Source: Raillietiella orientalis
Lineage: Eukaryota
Direction: 5' to 3'
DNA length: 64,000 nt
Assembly (NCBI GenBank): GCA_036172245.1
Contig: JAYWIR010000023.1
Coordinates: forward strand, 1,922,001 to 1,986,000
Both the position numbers and the translations under genes were made by a program. Below are positions 1-11,779 of the stretch, one piece after another (the first letter of the stretch is position 1; every line of letters starts with the position of its first letter). The notes under the pieces are model-generated. The model saw only the letters and a list, made by a program, of their open reading frames with translations. It made no database searches and was not told the DNA's origin.

Positions 1-330
1 CAAGAACACATGAGTGAAGTGCAAGGGAACGGCAGAGGGGAGAAGACGCGATTACATTGAGGAGCTGCTCGACTTGCCTCTGGTAGCAGAACGTGGTGCC
101 GTTTGGAACTGCATGATCCTCACAAGCAATAAATTGTGGCTGATAAGACATGATCATGTTGTGCTCGAGGAGCAATGCCTTGTACCAAAAAAAAAAAAGG
201 ATGGCTCAACTCTATTTTACCACCAGTCTTCAGTCGATGGTGCTGATACAGTGCTGCCAGGTGAGAAAGGCTTGTTTTTCTCACTTGGCAAGGAAGTAGA
301 TTAGAAACCTCAGGACAGAAAGCATCCTCT
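1..330 (+). mobile_element. possible 3' end of a degenerate L1/Tx1-like LINE ORF2, cut by the window edge
   Basis: ORF 14..304 contains ILTSNKLWLIRHDHVVLE, resembling the C-terminal 'lW..RN..vf' segment of L1-clade ORF2. Only one weak motif. Confidence 0.3.
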
Positions 331-3300
331 AAAAGCACGCACCGCAGGGTATCAAAAAGGCCAACCTTGACAAGAGCGATGCTTCTATTATCACAAACCT
401 AGCATCAAGCTCGTTTTCCATATAATTAAATTTCTGATTGATTCTTGATCTGTTTCTGATTACGAAACTAATCATTTTTAGCGTAAACGCTTTTGTTTGT
501 AACATGTTCATCGGATGAGCCATTAAAACAGTCCATGATATTTAAAAGTCTACAAAATCCATTTGATTTCTACTGTTTTTAACTATTCTTTTCCGAACAT
601 TACGGAGTGCAAGTTTGAATAAGTTTGGTATTTTAATTAAGGAGATGATTTATGGCTTTCATAGATATTTTCGACTAGCAAATGTATCAAACATCATATT
701 TTTGTGTAACTTTCAGCATCCAATTTTTTTGCTTATCCCTTAGATAAGCATTGCTTGCAGGCAATTAAATTCATATTATGTGCAAAATTTCATGTAAGTA
801 CTAGTGGCATCAAGTATCAGCTAATGAAATTCCTCAGCCCAAGCTGACCATCAGAAAACTTAATCTCGTGTGAGCAAGGTATGCATTGTGGATTAATTTG
901 CTACGTTGATGTAGGTATCTAATTTAGCATATGTAGCATGTATATATGTAGGTGCTATGCATTTTGCATGATGAATTACGAGATCCAACTGTGATACTGT
1001 GTGATCCGAAAAACTGCCTGATTGCTGTTTTGTTTTGAATACAAAAATTCTTTTTATTGTGCTTGACTGTGATTTCTTCATCAGATGCTGTAAACGCCTT
1101 CATTACAAATCGATGTCACCGAATAAAAGTTTTTTTATTCTGCCCTGAAGAAATGTCAATGAACTTCTCTTCCATGATTGACATGGATATCAATCATGCT
1201 GAGCCATCAAATTATTATAAGAACATTGTAATAGTGTTTCAAGTTTTAATTTCTTAGAATGAATGAGTTAGGGTAAGTTAATCTCAGCTGAGGTATCAAA
1301 TGTAAACATGTTTGAATTTCATTACAGTCATCTTCCAGCATGGCTGTAATAAGTATTACAGAGATTGAACAAGAATGCAGTGAGAGTGCACAAGAATTAA
1401 GTGTCTCTGACTGCCATAGGGAAGAATCTGTTGCTTAAGCTAACTATTCAGCTAATTTTACGTACAGTGTTGAGTCTGTTTTGTATGTACTTGTTTGGAC
1501 CAAGGGCTGAACTGTGTCCACAAATATGCTATTCTTTTATCAGTTTTTTATATCAGCACAAGATTCCAACTTACATCCAAAAGAAAATTATTATCAGAAG
1601 TCATTTAGAATTTATAACATCAATAGTATTCTTACTAGTGATTTCATAGTTTGCAAATCTGATGAAAGATTTGCTGTGCCTTACAGAACGTGGATTTTTC
1701 TGTATTTAAATACAGAATTCTGTATTTATGAAACCTAATGATTTCAGGATTTCTCTGTAAGCTGGAAATCTCATGCTAGGATTACCTCGAAGCTTAGCCC
1801 TTTTTTGCCCATAATTCTTAGGACATTTAATTGTGTAAATCCACTGTGGAAGTCTAGGCCTTAAATTTAATTAATAATTAACAGGAAGAATTATTAAATT
1901 ATTTAATTATGAATTCCTGATTGGTTATTGTTTTCAGAAAGAAAGAACATTCACACTCAACAGTGACCAGAGTTCATGTTTATTAGGTAAAGTTCTTTCA
2001 GCAGCTGGTGGAAAAAAACATTTAAGCCGGATTAGATCTGGGATCACCATGTAATTTTCAAGTTTGCGTACACACATAATGAGGTCACTTGAATGAATGA
2101 ATGCGAAGTGTGCCAACATAGTTGAATTTGCATTTCTCATTAATAATGTAGTAAGAGTTTTTTTTTTTTTGCCTTGTCGCATTTTAGAGTGGAGTTTACG
2201 TTTCGATCGAAAAAGTGGTAAATGTAAAAAATCATGACCACAGCAAACTTTCATTCAAAGGTTCCAAGGATTGCACTTCACATCCTTAATCACCTCCCGT
2301 GGTTTCTGAGATTTTGTTTAGTAATCTGAGTTTTGCTTCCTGATTGCAAACCAATATGTTGAAAAAAAATATTATACGATATGTTATACAACCGATATAT
2401 AGTTTAGATTAACCAATATGTTATATTCCTTATCACTCTTTGAGTAACATTGAATCAAAACATATGAAATACTTTGCTTTCTACGAAATTAATTGGGCGA
2501 GTCATCCTACTCGAATATTGGATTGAATGAATTTTCAACGGGATGAGTCGAGATTTATCCTAGTTTCAATTAACAGAAACGGTCATCATCAGTAATGTAA
2601 CATGTCATATAACGATGACAGTACTGCGTTACATTAATTTTACAGTAATTTCCAACCAAAACAGAAATTTGGGGCAGCAGCGTTTGTGCAAGTAAAAAAA
2701 AATCGGCCGATCAAATTTTGCTGACGAACTTTGATGGGCCGATTTCTTTTACTTGCTGCCCTTGCCCTTTGCAGACAGAGGGAGCCGCTAATTGACCAGC
2801 GTCGTAATCACCGGCTTTGACCAGGTGGAGCCTGGTCACTATTTGTGAGAGGACAGGCTCATGTCTTCCTGTTTTGGCTGCTGCGTTTTCCATTCAACTT
2901 GTTCTCTTCATTCGACATCGGAAAAAAGCTGTACAGAGAATAGATGCCATTACACAGTTCTTTTTTCTTGAATCCTACTTGTCATGCAAGTTTTTCAATT
3001 AAATGCATTCTTGGGACCAGAGCAACGTGTACGAAATGCATAATTAGGAGGGCATTTTTTTTTTCATTTGGACGACAAGCAGGTTGAATGCCTCATTTCC
3101 GTCAGGGCACCTCTGGAAAGGCATCCCAGGCGGGTCCATGCAAAAAGGTAAAACTACTTCGATCCAGATTTTGGAAATTGCAGTCTGGAATTCCTGGATT
3201 TACCTGAAGAGAAGAAAATTCAAGAAAAATTACGAAAGATTCAAGAAGTAGCACTGAAGAATTGGTGAGCCAGGAAATCTTCACTAGCCAATTCTTTTAC

Positions 3301-4289
3301 ATAGGGAAGAATGAGTTACCTTCATGAAGGAACTGTCCCGATTCTACCGTACCTTTCTTCTGCTTTTGGCATAAATCCCAAATTAACAATTATTTAATAT
3401 TAAGAACGCTTACTTCTCGTAAGTAGACGCCATTATAATAACGTAGATCACATGGGACGAGATATGTTGGTTATTAAGGGTTTGTAATGTAAGATATGGG
3501 CATATTTGTCACGTACTTGGATATGTAGACGTGTGGTGCGTAAATGAGTTGCAGTTGGAACTTTTACATTGCATCCAAATTGCATTCAGCCGTTTCTACA
3601 AAGCCTACTTATTTTTAGATCATACGAATGCTTTGATCACTGTGGTCATTAACTGTTTGTTGCCTCCTGGAGTACATTAGATCACAAATGAAGTATAGAT
3701 TCTAGAATGAACGAGAATTTGAACTTAATGATTTCATTCTGAATTGAACTCCGGTGTTGGACAATGACCATCATTCTGTTTCGTTTGCTTAATCGTCATA
3801 TCCTTTTGGGAAGAAGGGATAGGGCTGTCATTTTTCTGCTTTCTGGAGACCTTTGGCTCACATGAATAATGTTTACTTCGGTTTATCCACTGTTTCCGGT
3901 TTAGTGTTGGAACCAGTAGTTGGCCGTATCCTACCACCGCAATCCACCAACCTGTCCAGAAAACACTGTTCCTGCAAAGAATTGAGATCCTCTGTTGCCA
4001 GCCGAGATTTTCCGGTAACTTGAGCGAATAAAATAAAATATTAACTCGCAGTCTGTACACTAAGTAGTGTTTAAATATGGTTTGTTCCTTTATTTTATTT
4101 CGCATCTCAAAGCTCATCCATTTCATTTCTCTAGCGTTTTTCCGGATCAGATCCCAAGTTAATAGCTTACCTCCTTAGGATAGGTGCATAAATGGTAGAA
4201 TAAATTAACCAATTTATTCTACCATTCTACCGAAGAGTAACCTTTTGGCACTGAATGCCACTATCACGACTGTTAATGAAGCAAGATAT

Positions 4290-7200
4290 TTATTTCAAGT
4301 GAACACCTTCCTTCATTAACATTCGAAATAGTGCGTCACACCCAAGAAGGACCTCTTCATGAATCTTTAAGAAGAATCTCACCAACTTTCTAGCATCCAA
4401 AGGCCAAACAATTGGAGCTCCCATCCTAACAGAAACTCTCCTTTTGAACTTTTTCCGCAGTCTTATTGTGATTCCAAGAAACTTCCGCTTCAAGATAATA
4501 TGATATGGCGCAAGTTTTTAGGCCGTGTTCTAGAGTCACTGGGTTTGTCGTTTCCGGTGACTTCATGCTGTTTCCATTTACCGACAAGAGTTCCTCTGTA
4601 GCTTGTGGAACAGGAGGATTTCTTCCTCGTTGCCACAGTAGATAATCCCGATTTTCTCTCTCGACTCCTAGAGCATAGAATCCAGAATAAGTTGGTTATT
4701 ATCTTGACCTGTCTGTCATTCTTGACCATCTACCTTTCCATTTCTTCGTGCATTGTTCGTCCTTTCTGGTGGTGAGGTCCTGTTGTTCCTTGAGAATTGC
4801 TTCCATATCAGACAAGAATTCAGAGTATACGGATTTCTTGTGTGCCCATGCCGGCTCCAGACAACTCTCGTGCAAGCTGCTCCTGTGAGGCGGTTTGTGT
4901 CTGCAATTTCAAGAAAATGCCTCAAGGAACTTTCGTTTCCTGAGTATTTTGTGGTCTTCGTCTTCCGTCCCCTTGTCATAATAAACCTTTCTTGAGTTTC
5001 TTAATCACTTTTCTCTTCCTGCAGCCACCCCCAAGTATTCGAATAGGAAGCTTGGTGGGCTCTCCAAAAGCGAGCCATAGTAATGGGATCGAGACCACAA
5101 TTACAAGCTTCAAGATGCAGGAGTCCAGGACTTCAAAAGAAAGAAGACACGTGGGAGATCCAGCTTTCTGCAGATGCAAAATTATCCTGTTGGCAAATCC
5201 GGGAGAATGATGTCGTACACTGCGTTCACCTCATACTCTGCGTGCGTCGATTAGAGTCTTTTAGAGAGTGAGCGGCAACGACCAGCGGGCAAAATGTGCA
5301 AATCCAACTTGGCTCATTTTAGCACGCGAGGCTTCTGGAAGTCCTCAAACCACGACGATGCATGCCGACCAAAAGTAAGGAAAGTTCAGATTCTGCTGGC
5401 AAACTGTACTTAGGAGGGAATGCTCGATCAGCACTTGGAGGCTGGAAGAGCAGCCATAGGATTTTCTTGTTTTTAGTGACCAGATGTTCTGTGCTCAACT
5501 TCGCCTCTCTCGAGCTATGCTCGAATCCGCTTTCCAAACTGGGGGGGGGGGGGGGTAGGAGGGAGGAGGAGGAGGAAGAGGGGGAGAAGCAGGCTTAGGA
5601 TTCTGGGGTGTACAAGGGAAAAAATTTTTGCCATTATAAATCTTCATTCATGTCAGGAGTGTTCTGTCAGTTGTTCAATCATGAGCGACAACTTCAATTT
5701 AGGATCGGAATAAATCCGAACTTCAAGAGGATGCTCCCTCCCATCCGCCTCTTCTCGCCGTCCCCTTTGAAAAAGTGGCTTCCCTGAAATCTCTACCGAA
5801 GAAAAGATCCAAGGGACAAGCGACCTGGAATAAAAGCTCGGAGCGACAAAAAAAAAGTAAAAGAAAACATGGATATCATCCGTCTGAGCATGTCCTCGCC
5901 ATCCACAAGGCGGCAGAACTTTTTCAGATGGGTGCACCACTTCTGAGTTCTGCTGGCGCTTTTCGTTGCTTCGACTGATGCTCTGGGAACGACGGCGCAT
6001 GTAAATTTCGATAGCCCGCGGTCACTTCGCGAATCCTGATACACGTGGGTCGACGAGCGTCGTTCTAACCCGGCACCATCTCGTCCCGGAAACGTCCATG
6101 CAAGTAGAGGATGCGGAGACCAGGTTTTCTTTTGCGAAAGTTTCCGCTGCTGAGGAAACACTGCGCGAAAGAGATCTTCGTTGCTTCCAGACGGTGGCAT
6201 TTCTCCTGCTGAGCTCACATCGTCGTGTTCTTCACGCAAACAGCAAGTCTTTGCTAGAAGAGGGTTTCATCAATCCGCTACGTGCAGTTTCCATCCACTC
6301 TTAATTCCATGCATCCCTCGATGTTTGGTTCAGAGAAACAGAAGGTTCCAGTAGGGATTCTGGATTCATTGGACAAGATTGAACATTTGCTCACGACAGT
6401 GTCCGTTCACAACAATTTTGTGGATGAGACTGCTGGGGCAAGCTTTCCGCCCATGGTCAACTCCGAATGTTGGGAGTCAGCGGTCACTCGCCAGAGGAAA
6501 CGGATCCAAATAAACACGGTCACGTCTGGAAGTTTCTACAAGCGCACCAGCACGTCTTCCCACGCTCGTGGCCGTCTCCTCCAAGTGGTGATAAATCTTC
6601 TACCAAGGAGGACATGAGGACGACCTCAGATTTCCCATATCCGCTGGCATCGGTGTGGTCGCTCCATACTTTCAGCATGTGAGCGCAATGTGCAGACATT
6701 TTAGAGGAAACGCGCGTGCGCGCGCGCCCTGGACTGCGGTCCCCACGGAATCCGGTATGAATGACAATTCTGAGCTATTAATAGGCGTTCGCATCCGGGC
6801 ATTCCTATCTCCAGGAACAAGTCCACTGTTTTTTGTTCTGCTTTTTCCTATCGCCGTCGGATCGAGGCCGTTCTCTCTCTCCCTCTCTCTCTCTCGCCGG
6901 AAGTTCACCCATAAGAGGCGCTCATTTTTGCACAGAGAAGCTGTCCGATGTGATGTGCCTCTTGGAGCACTCGAAGGAGGCGGTTCGTGGAGGAGCATCA
7001 CATAGACTAATAGGACTGAGAATCAACGCAATGGAAGTTTGTTCGATGCAAAAGGATAGTAGCAGGTTTACTGTGCCTTTGCTGTGGTTGTAGGATGGTT
7101 CTTGAGCGAATAGGCGCAGCGCCACATTGTGACGGAACGCCTCGAGCATGTGCAGCTTGGGCTTTCGCTGAGCAACTGCCGCTCATCATACAGGGAAACC

Positions 7201-8050
7201 TGAAATCAGCTGTCCGGAGAAACGGGACGTTTTGTGTACATGCCCTTTTCTATGTAATTGCCTGCTGCTCCTGGCTAACTATAGCAGTCATCGATTGTAC
7301 ATAGAAAATAATTACATGAACAAAGTATCTCATGAGATGAGTGGCTGTTCCCATGGGAAACAACGAAGGAGAAGATACACACACGCGCACACGCAGCAGA
7401 TCCGAAGATCCCTTTAAAGTGGCGTTGGTGACTACCGGAAAATTCCAGACGAAGAGTTTCGACAATTCGCGCACTGCTTGAGGATTCCAGATCGTTCCAG
7501 GGCGATGCGGAGTGCTTGCACTCGAGCTGCTACCGACTGGCTGATCTCTTTCTAGTTAGGCGGAGATCGATGGGGTGAAAGCACAACCGACATTCCTTCC
7601 GTGGAAAATCGTAGAGAACACTTGAGAATGGAATCCGACGAAGACGTTTCTTCCTCGAAGGAGCCACAAGTCGTTTTTTCTGCACTTTAAGCGGACCTTT
7701 GGCGATTCTCCGCCAAAGAATGGAGAGAGCTAGAGCACCACAGGAGAAGGGAGAAGGGAATCCTTAAAGTTACCTTTCTCTTCGCTGGAGGAACCAGCGA
7801 AGCACCGAAAGAACAGAACCTCTTTCGTTGTTCGACTGGGGATCTGCTGAACTCCACAAGTAGAGACGTCCACGAGGGCCGGGGAGCTGACTCCTGTGTG
7901 CGCATGATGTACGCGTCGATGACGCTCAGCCCGAATGAAACACCTTGGAACGAAGCGTCGAAACTTGTCGTAGGATCCTCTGGCCGGATCCTGAACACCC
8001 TAGAGAAAATCCACCGAGGAAAGGTTATGACCATGACACCAAGAAAACCT
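4290..8050 (-). mobile_element. degenerate L1/Tx1-like non-LTR retrotransposon (APE endonuclease + RT remnants)
   Basis: Motifs occur in L1 order across frames. APE-like GLSVIDAYIMRTQESAPRPSWTS..SR (~7850-7930). RT-like RMRTPINSSE (RPIsll, ~6770-6800), RRDRVYL...FG (KAFDRV, ~6470-6540), IVVNGH (~6400-6420), HDDVSS (YADD, 6219-6227) and RKLSQKKT (iN..Kt). Many stops and frameshifts. Confidence 0.6.
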
Positions 8051-8234
8051 CAGGCCACAACGCTGCTGTTGCGCGAAGTGGTTTAGCTTACAATGTTTCC
8101 AAGAAACAGAATGCTCCCATGTATAGACCGTGTTTTTAAGGGATAGAACATGCAGACCTTGGAATAATGAAGTTATTGGTCGTTGCTACAGCCTGCAAAA
8201 ACCAATGACCTGCAAAGAACGACCTGCCCGTGTT

Positions 8235-8711
8235 GGCGGCCACGTGGCTGCTGCAGTCTCCGCACGCGGTGGCACCAAACGTTGCGGATTCGAATCCTAC
8301 CTGGGGAAGGATCGACGCCGAGAACGGAGTGGGGTGGGGTGCGTCATGGGTTTGGAGTCACCTCCTCCTCAGGGTGACGTTGGTTGATCTGAAGGCTTCA
8401 GGTGAGGCAGCTTTGGAGGGAACCGGATGCCCCTGATGAGTGGCCGAAATTGGAAGTTGCCCCTTCAGGGTCCTTCCGAAAATCAAGGAGTCCTTCGGGG
8501 TTCCCGCCGGTTGTGAAAATTGAGCCATCTGCCCCTCAGGAAGGAGGGGGTCCTCATCGCATACCAAGGAGCTAGTTGGTACCCTCCACGGGGGTTGCCT
8601 CTCCAGAGTGTTAGTAGCGCGCTTCTCCCTTCGGAGAGCGCCCTTCAGGGAAATGGGGAAACGCCCCTTCGAGGTTCTCTGTTCCATCGATGTTTTGATG
8701 AACAAAAAAAA
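8235..8711 (+). mobile_element. tRNA-derived SINE-like element, copy A
   Basis: The head GGCGGCCACGTGGCTGCTGCAG...GGATTCGAATCC has A-box- and B-box-like motifs. Head and body align with the reverse complement of 58262-58866 (e.g. GGGGGTTGCCTC, CTCCCTTCGGAGAGCGCCCTTCAG). Ends in an A-run at 8701-8711. Confidence 0.75.
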
Positions 8712-8994
8712 GCCTGCGTAGTAGCTCTTGGTTTGTGTATCAATAATCTCTTATTTGTTTGCATATTTAAATAATCATTTTGTTATTATTTTCACATGAT
8801 ACAGCTTTGTGACTTTCAAATCACAACGAGCTATAATGGTGTATCAACTGCCGTGGATTAACAGTTAGAAGAGATGAAGAAAAGGGAAACAAGTGCAACA
8901 CTTCCAGTCGAAAAATGAGAAAAGATGAAATCGCACATTGGCCAATCTTTTCGGATAGATACGCCCGCGTCGGAGGCCCTGTGGTTGCCGAGTT

Positions 8995-9135
8995 CCTGCG
9001 ATCTGCTTCTGCAGCGTCAAGTTCCAAGATGGTGGCATCCCGGTTCATGCTCTTCCTGCTTCCCACGTCCTTCCAGCTTTTTCTTTTTTTTCCCACCCGG
9101 TTCACTGAGAGCCGTTGCCCCGTCCCCGCCATGGA
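8995..9135 (-). repeat. dispersed ~150-200 bp repeat, family 2, inverted copy
   Basis: The reverse complement reads GGCAACGGCTC..GAACC..AAAAAAAAGAAAAAGCTGGAAG..GGATGCCACCATCTT..GACGCTGCAGAAGC, collinear with 10165-10345. Confidence 0.5.
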
Positions 9136-9539
9136 GATGTCGGAGACGGCTCGACAACGCGGCCACGTGGGGGCTCGCAAAAGTGTAGTCAGGCGTTGCC
9201 GTCACCGTGGTTTCGTGTGTTCTCTCCGTCCGATGCCAACTTGGATGAACTACGGTCGGGAGTGGGATCAAACAGGATCCGAAGGCACAAGGAGGAACAT
9301 CGTCACTTATTTAGCAAAGGATGTCCTCAGTTGATCCACGGACGGCGCGATTATCGTACTCTGCAAGTAACGCACCGCAATTCGTACTGTCCAAGCGTGT
9401 ATCTTCGACTGCTTCCACGTGGTTCCAAGTCGTGGATCGCAGAGCTTTTTTTTTTTTTGCTTTTCTGGACCGAGGTTACGTTGCTCATCTCTTTCCCCTA
9501 CATCGTCCTCTGCACCGATTCGTGGTTGCAGTGCGTCGT

Positions 9540-10097
9540 GGGTTAGAGTTCTTCCTGCGAGATGGCGCTGGCCGTCCTCCTCCATTCATTCGGGTACCGC
9601 ACCGGTAGCTGTTTAAACAGGATGCCCCCGATGAGGGCCGGGAAAATGGGAATCGACCTTCGGATTCTTCCAGGAATCAAGGATTGGGGGGGGGGATTCC
9701 CCCTCCGGTTGTGCAAAGGAGTGGACCCCCTAGTGTGTCGTAGTGATGGAGTCGGTGTGTCGCGACCTCTCCAGAGAGTGCAAAGAAGCGAGCCGATCCC
9801 TTCTTGGAAGCTGCGCCCTTCCGGATTTCGGAAGCGTCCCTTCGGTGCTCCCTTCAGAGGAGGAATAAACAGAAGCGGTTCCCTTGCAAGAGTTTCCTCT
9901 GGAGAAGCCATTCTAGGAGCAGATCCTTTTCGGATGTTCTTCGGAAAAGAAAAATGGAGCGGACCCCTCCGGGGGTCCCTCCGGAAAGAATAAGGAACGA
10001 GATTCCCTACGAGGTTCCCCTACGGAGACAACCAGGGTGGAGATGAATCTCCATTTCTGGTGATCCCTGCTCAGTTGCCGGGCTCCGTGCCCTTCCT
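9540..10097 (+). mobile_element. SINE-like element, copy B (head missing or unrecognisable)
   Basis: The body matches copy C: GGAAGCGTCCCTTCGG, AGCGGTTCCCTTGC, GGAAAAGAAAAATGGAGCGG, CAACCAGGG, GTGCCCTTCC. Confidence 0.7.
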
Positions 10098-10157
10098 GCA
10101 CCCCTCCCGGGGTGTCCCCTATCTTGAATTGCACATACCCTCAGGTGGCGTGGAACA

Positions 10158-10345
10158 GAGTTAAAGAGCTGCGTGGGCGGACAGGCGCGCAGCGGCTCAT
10201 GAAGTAGCGAACCAAAAAAAAAAAAATCTGGAAAGAAAAAAAAAGCTGGAAGAAAAAGAGCAAAGAACAAAGAAGAAGAGGAATCGAAAGGATTTCCATC
10301 ATCTTTCTTTCGGGGACGCCACAGAAAGCCAGGATGCAAAGGAGT
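10158..10345 (+). repeat. dispersed repeat, family 2
   Basis: GAGTTAAAGAGCTGCGTG...CC(A)nTCTGGAAAG(A)nGCTGGAAG...GAATCGAAAGGATTTCCATCAT. Direct copy at 10629-10775 and inverted copy at 8995-9135. Confidence 0.6.
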
Positions 10346-10628
10346 TCCAAAACTAAAATGTTCGAAATGCAACGTACATCTACGTACAACGCCAAGCACA
10401 AACATGGAAATTACACATTATGGAATCCCATGCTTGAGCTTTATTTTACACGCACAAGTGGGTTGTACGTTGTACGCCGTTGTAACCTCAAAGACACAAT
10501 GCATATTCGTTATAATAGAATCATTTTAATTACGGAATTCATTATTAATTCGTAATTAGAGGTTGACATTTGTTAATTTCACGTTACACACATTCTTGTA
10601 AAGCTGTAAACAAAATTCGGGCTATAGA

Positions 10629-10775
10629 GGGTTAAGGAGCTTCGTGAGTCAGCCCTAAGTGGATGAACGAGCCTTCAGGACTTGGTGAGCCAAAAAAAAA
10701 AAAAGAAAACCTAGAAAAAAAAAAAAGAACTGGAAGGGCAGCTGAAGAACCCGAAAGAATTCCCATCATTCTAGG
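10629..10775 (+). repeat. dispersed repeat, family 2
   Basis: GGGTTAAGGAGCTTCGTG...CC(A)nGAAAACCTAG(A)nGAACTGGAAG...GAACCCGAAAGAATTCCCATCAT, collinear with 10158-10303. Confidence 0.6.
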
Positions 10776-11779
10776 CTCATAGTAACGACCTCCCCACGAG
10801 GTCGCCACTGACCTTTTTTCCAAAAAAACACAAAAAAATTCTGAACCAGGATCCGCTGTGCTGGTTGCCACCCTCCTCAATCTGTCTGGGAAAGCGCGCG
10901 CTCAGCCTTCTGTCAGCTGCCCTGAGGCAAAAACTTCCGAAAGTTGCGGTGCTATCATAGGAGCTCCATCCTCGTTACAGGGCCTGGAATGCTGATCCCA
11001 TGACCAGATCTGTAAACCGTCCATAAACATGAACCCTCCATAAACTCCACAGTTCTCTCCAGATCATGGTGTTGTCAGCATGCACGGAATGATGACGACT
11101 GGTTCCATGCAGTGCGGTTTACTTTCCGATCTGAACACCACGATCGAATGCCCAGTGGACCTCTTCCCGTTCGAATGGATAATACAACCTGAAAACTTTT
11201 GACGAAAGAACGTCTTCAATGTAGGACACTTCTTTTAACAGACGGTTTCCGAATGCGGTGGATCATCTTAACAGTTTGCTGTGGAACTCTACGCATTCAG
11301 TTCGATCTCATGCATCTCAATGTCAACAAAAAACAAGAGGCGACCCACATAATTGAGCTTCGGCATTTGACCATCTTGGTCCTCTGGCAAGAATGCGCGC
11401 CGAGACTACTCATGCATTGACTTTGCAATTGGTCCGCATTAACTGAATTCTCTGTTCGGCTCTCACCTTACTGCATGCTCGTGGCATTCATAGCGGCTGC
11501 TACAGTGACAACGAAAGCAGCGATCCTGAATCTCTGAAGTAGCGAGGAATGTTTTTGATATGCTTGTTTTTCAACCTTTCTGATTGAGGTCTTCGCCTTG
11601 GGTTTTTCCGAGGATCCAGCACGCCGTTTCTTTAGGGGATCACTCTTCCTTACGTTTTTTTTTTTTCGGACCGCAAGGTGGGCAACGCCATTCTTCTCCA
11701 ATAGAAGGAAGCACTCCTTCTAACACGTAACGAGAATTCTCCTCCATAGGTACGTAGAAGAATTCTCGCCCCTCTTTGA

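Noticed and set aside
4310..4360. EVLLGCDALF resembling a retropepsin 'ILG.D.L' or PP2C motif
   Set aside because: No properly spaced catalytic D(T/S)G, and it lies in the 3' part of a LINE fossil.
4290..4730. Many TAA/TAG stops at plausible Gln positions in decayed frames, suggesting stop-to-Gln reassignment or RIP-like mutation
   Set aside because: The Gln-rich 429-codon DUF4789 ORF has no in-frame TAR, and intact genes end in TAA. CAR to TAR is simply a common nonsense change, and one apparent example (55400-55850 minus) turned out to be the antisense of a LINE frame.
9800..10040. CRISPR-like or other prokaryotic repeat array
   Set aside because: The repeats are degenerate and irregularly spaced within a SINE body. 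There are no cas-like or operonic ORFs, and the window is clearly eukaryotic.
11660..11720. LPSIGEEWRCPPC, resembling the end of a PHD finger
   Set aside because: The other PHD ligands are missing, and the position fits the decayed 3' end of the LINE.
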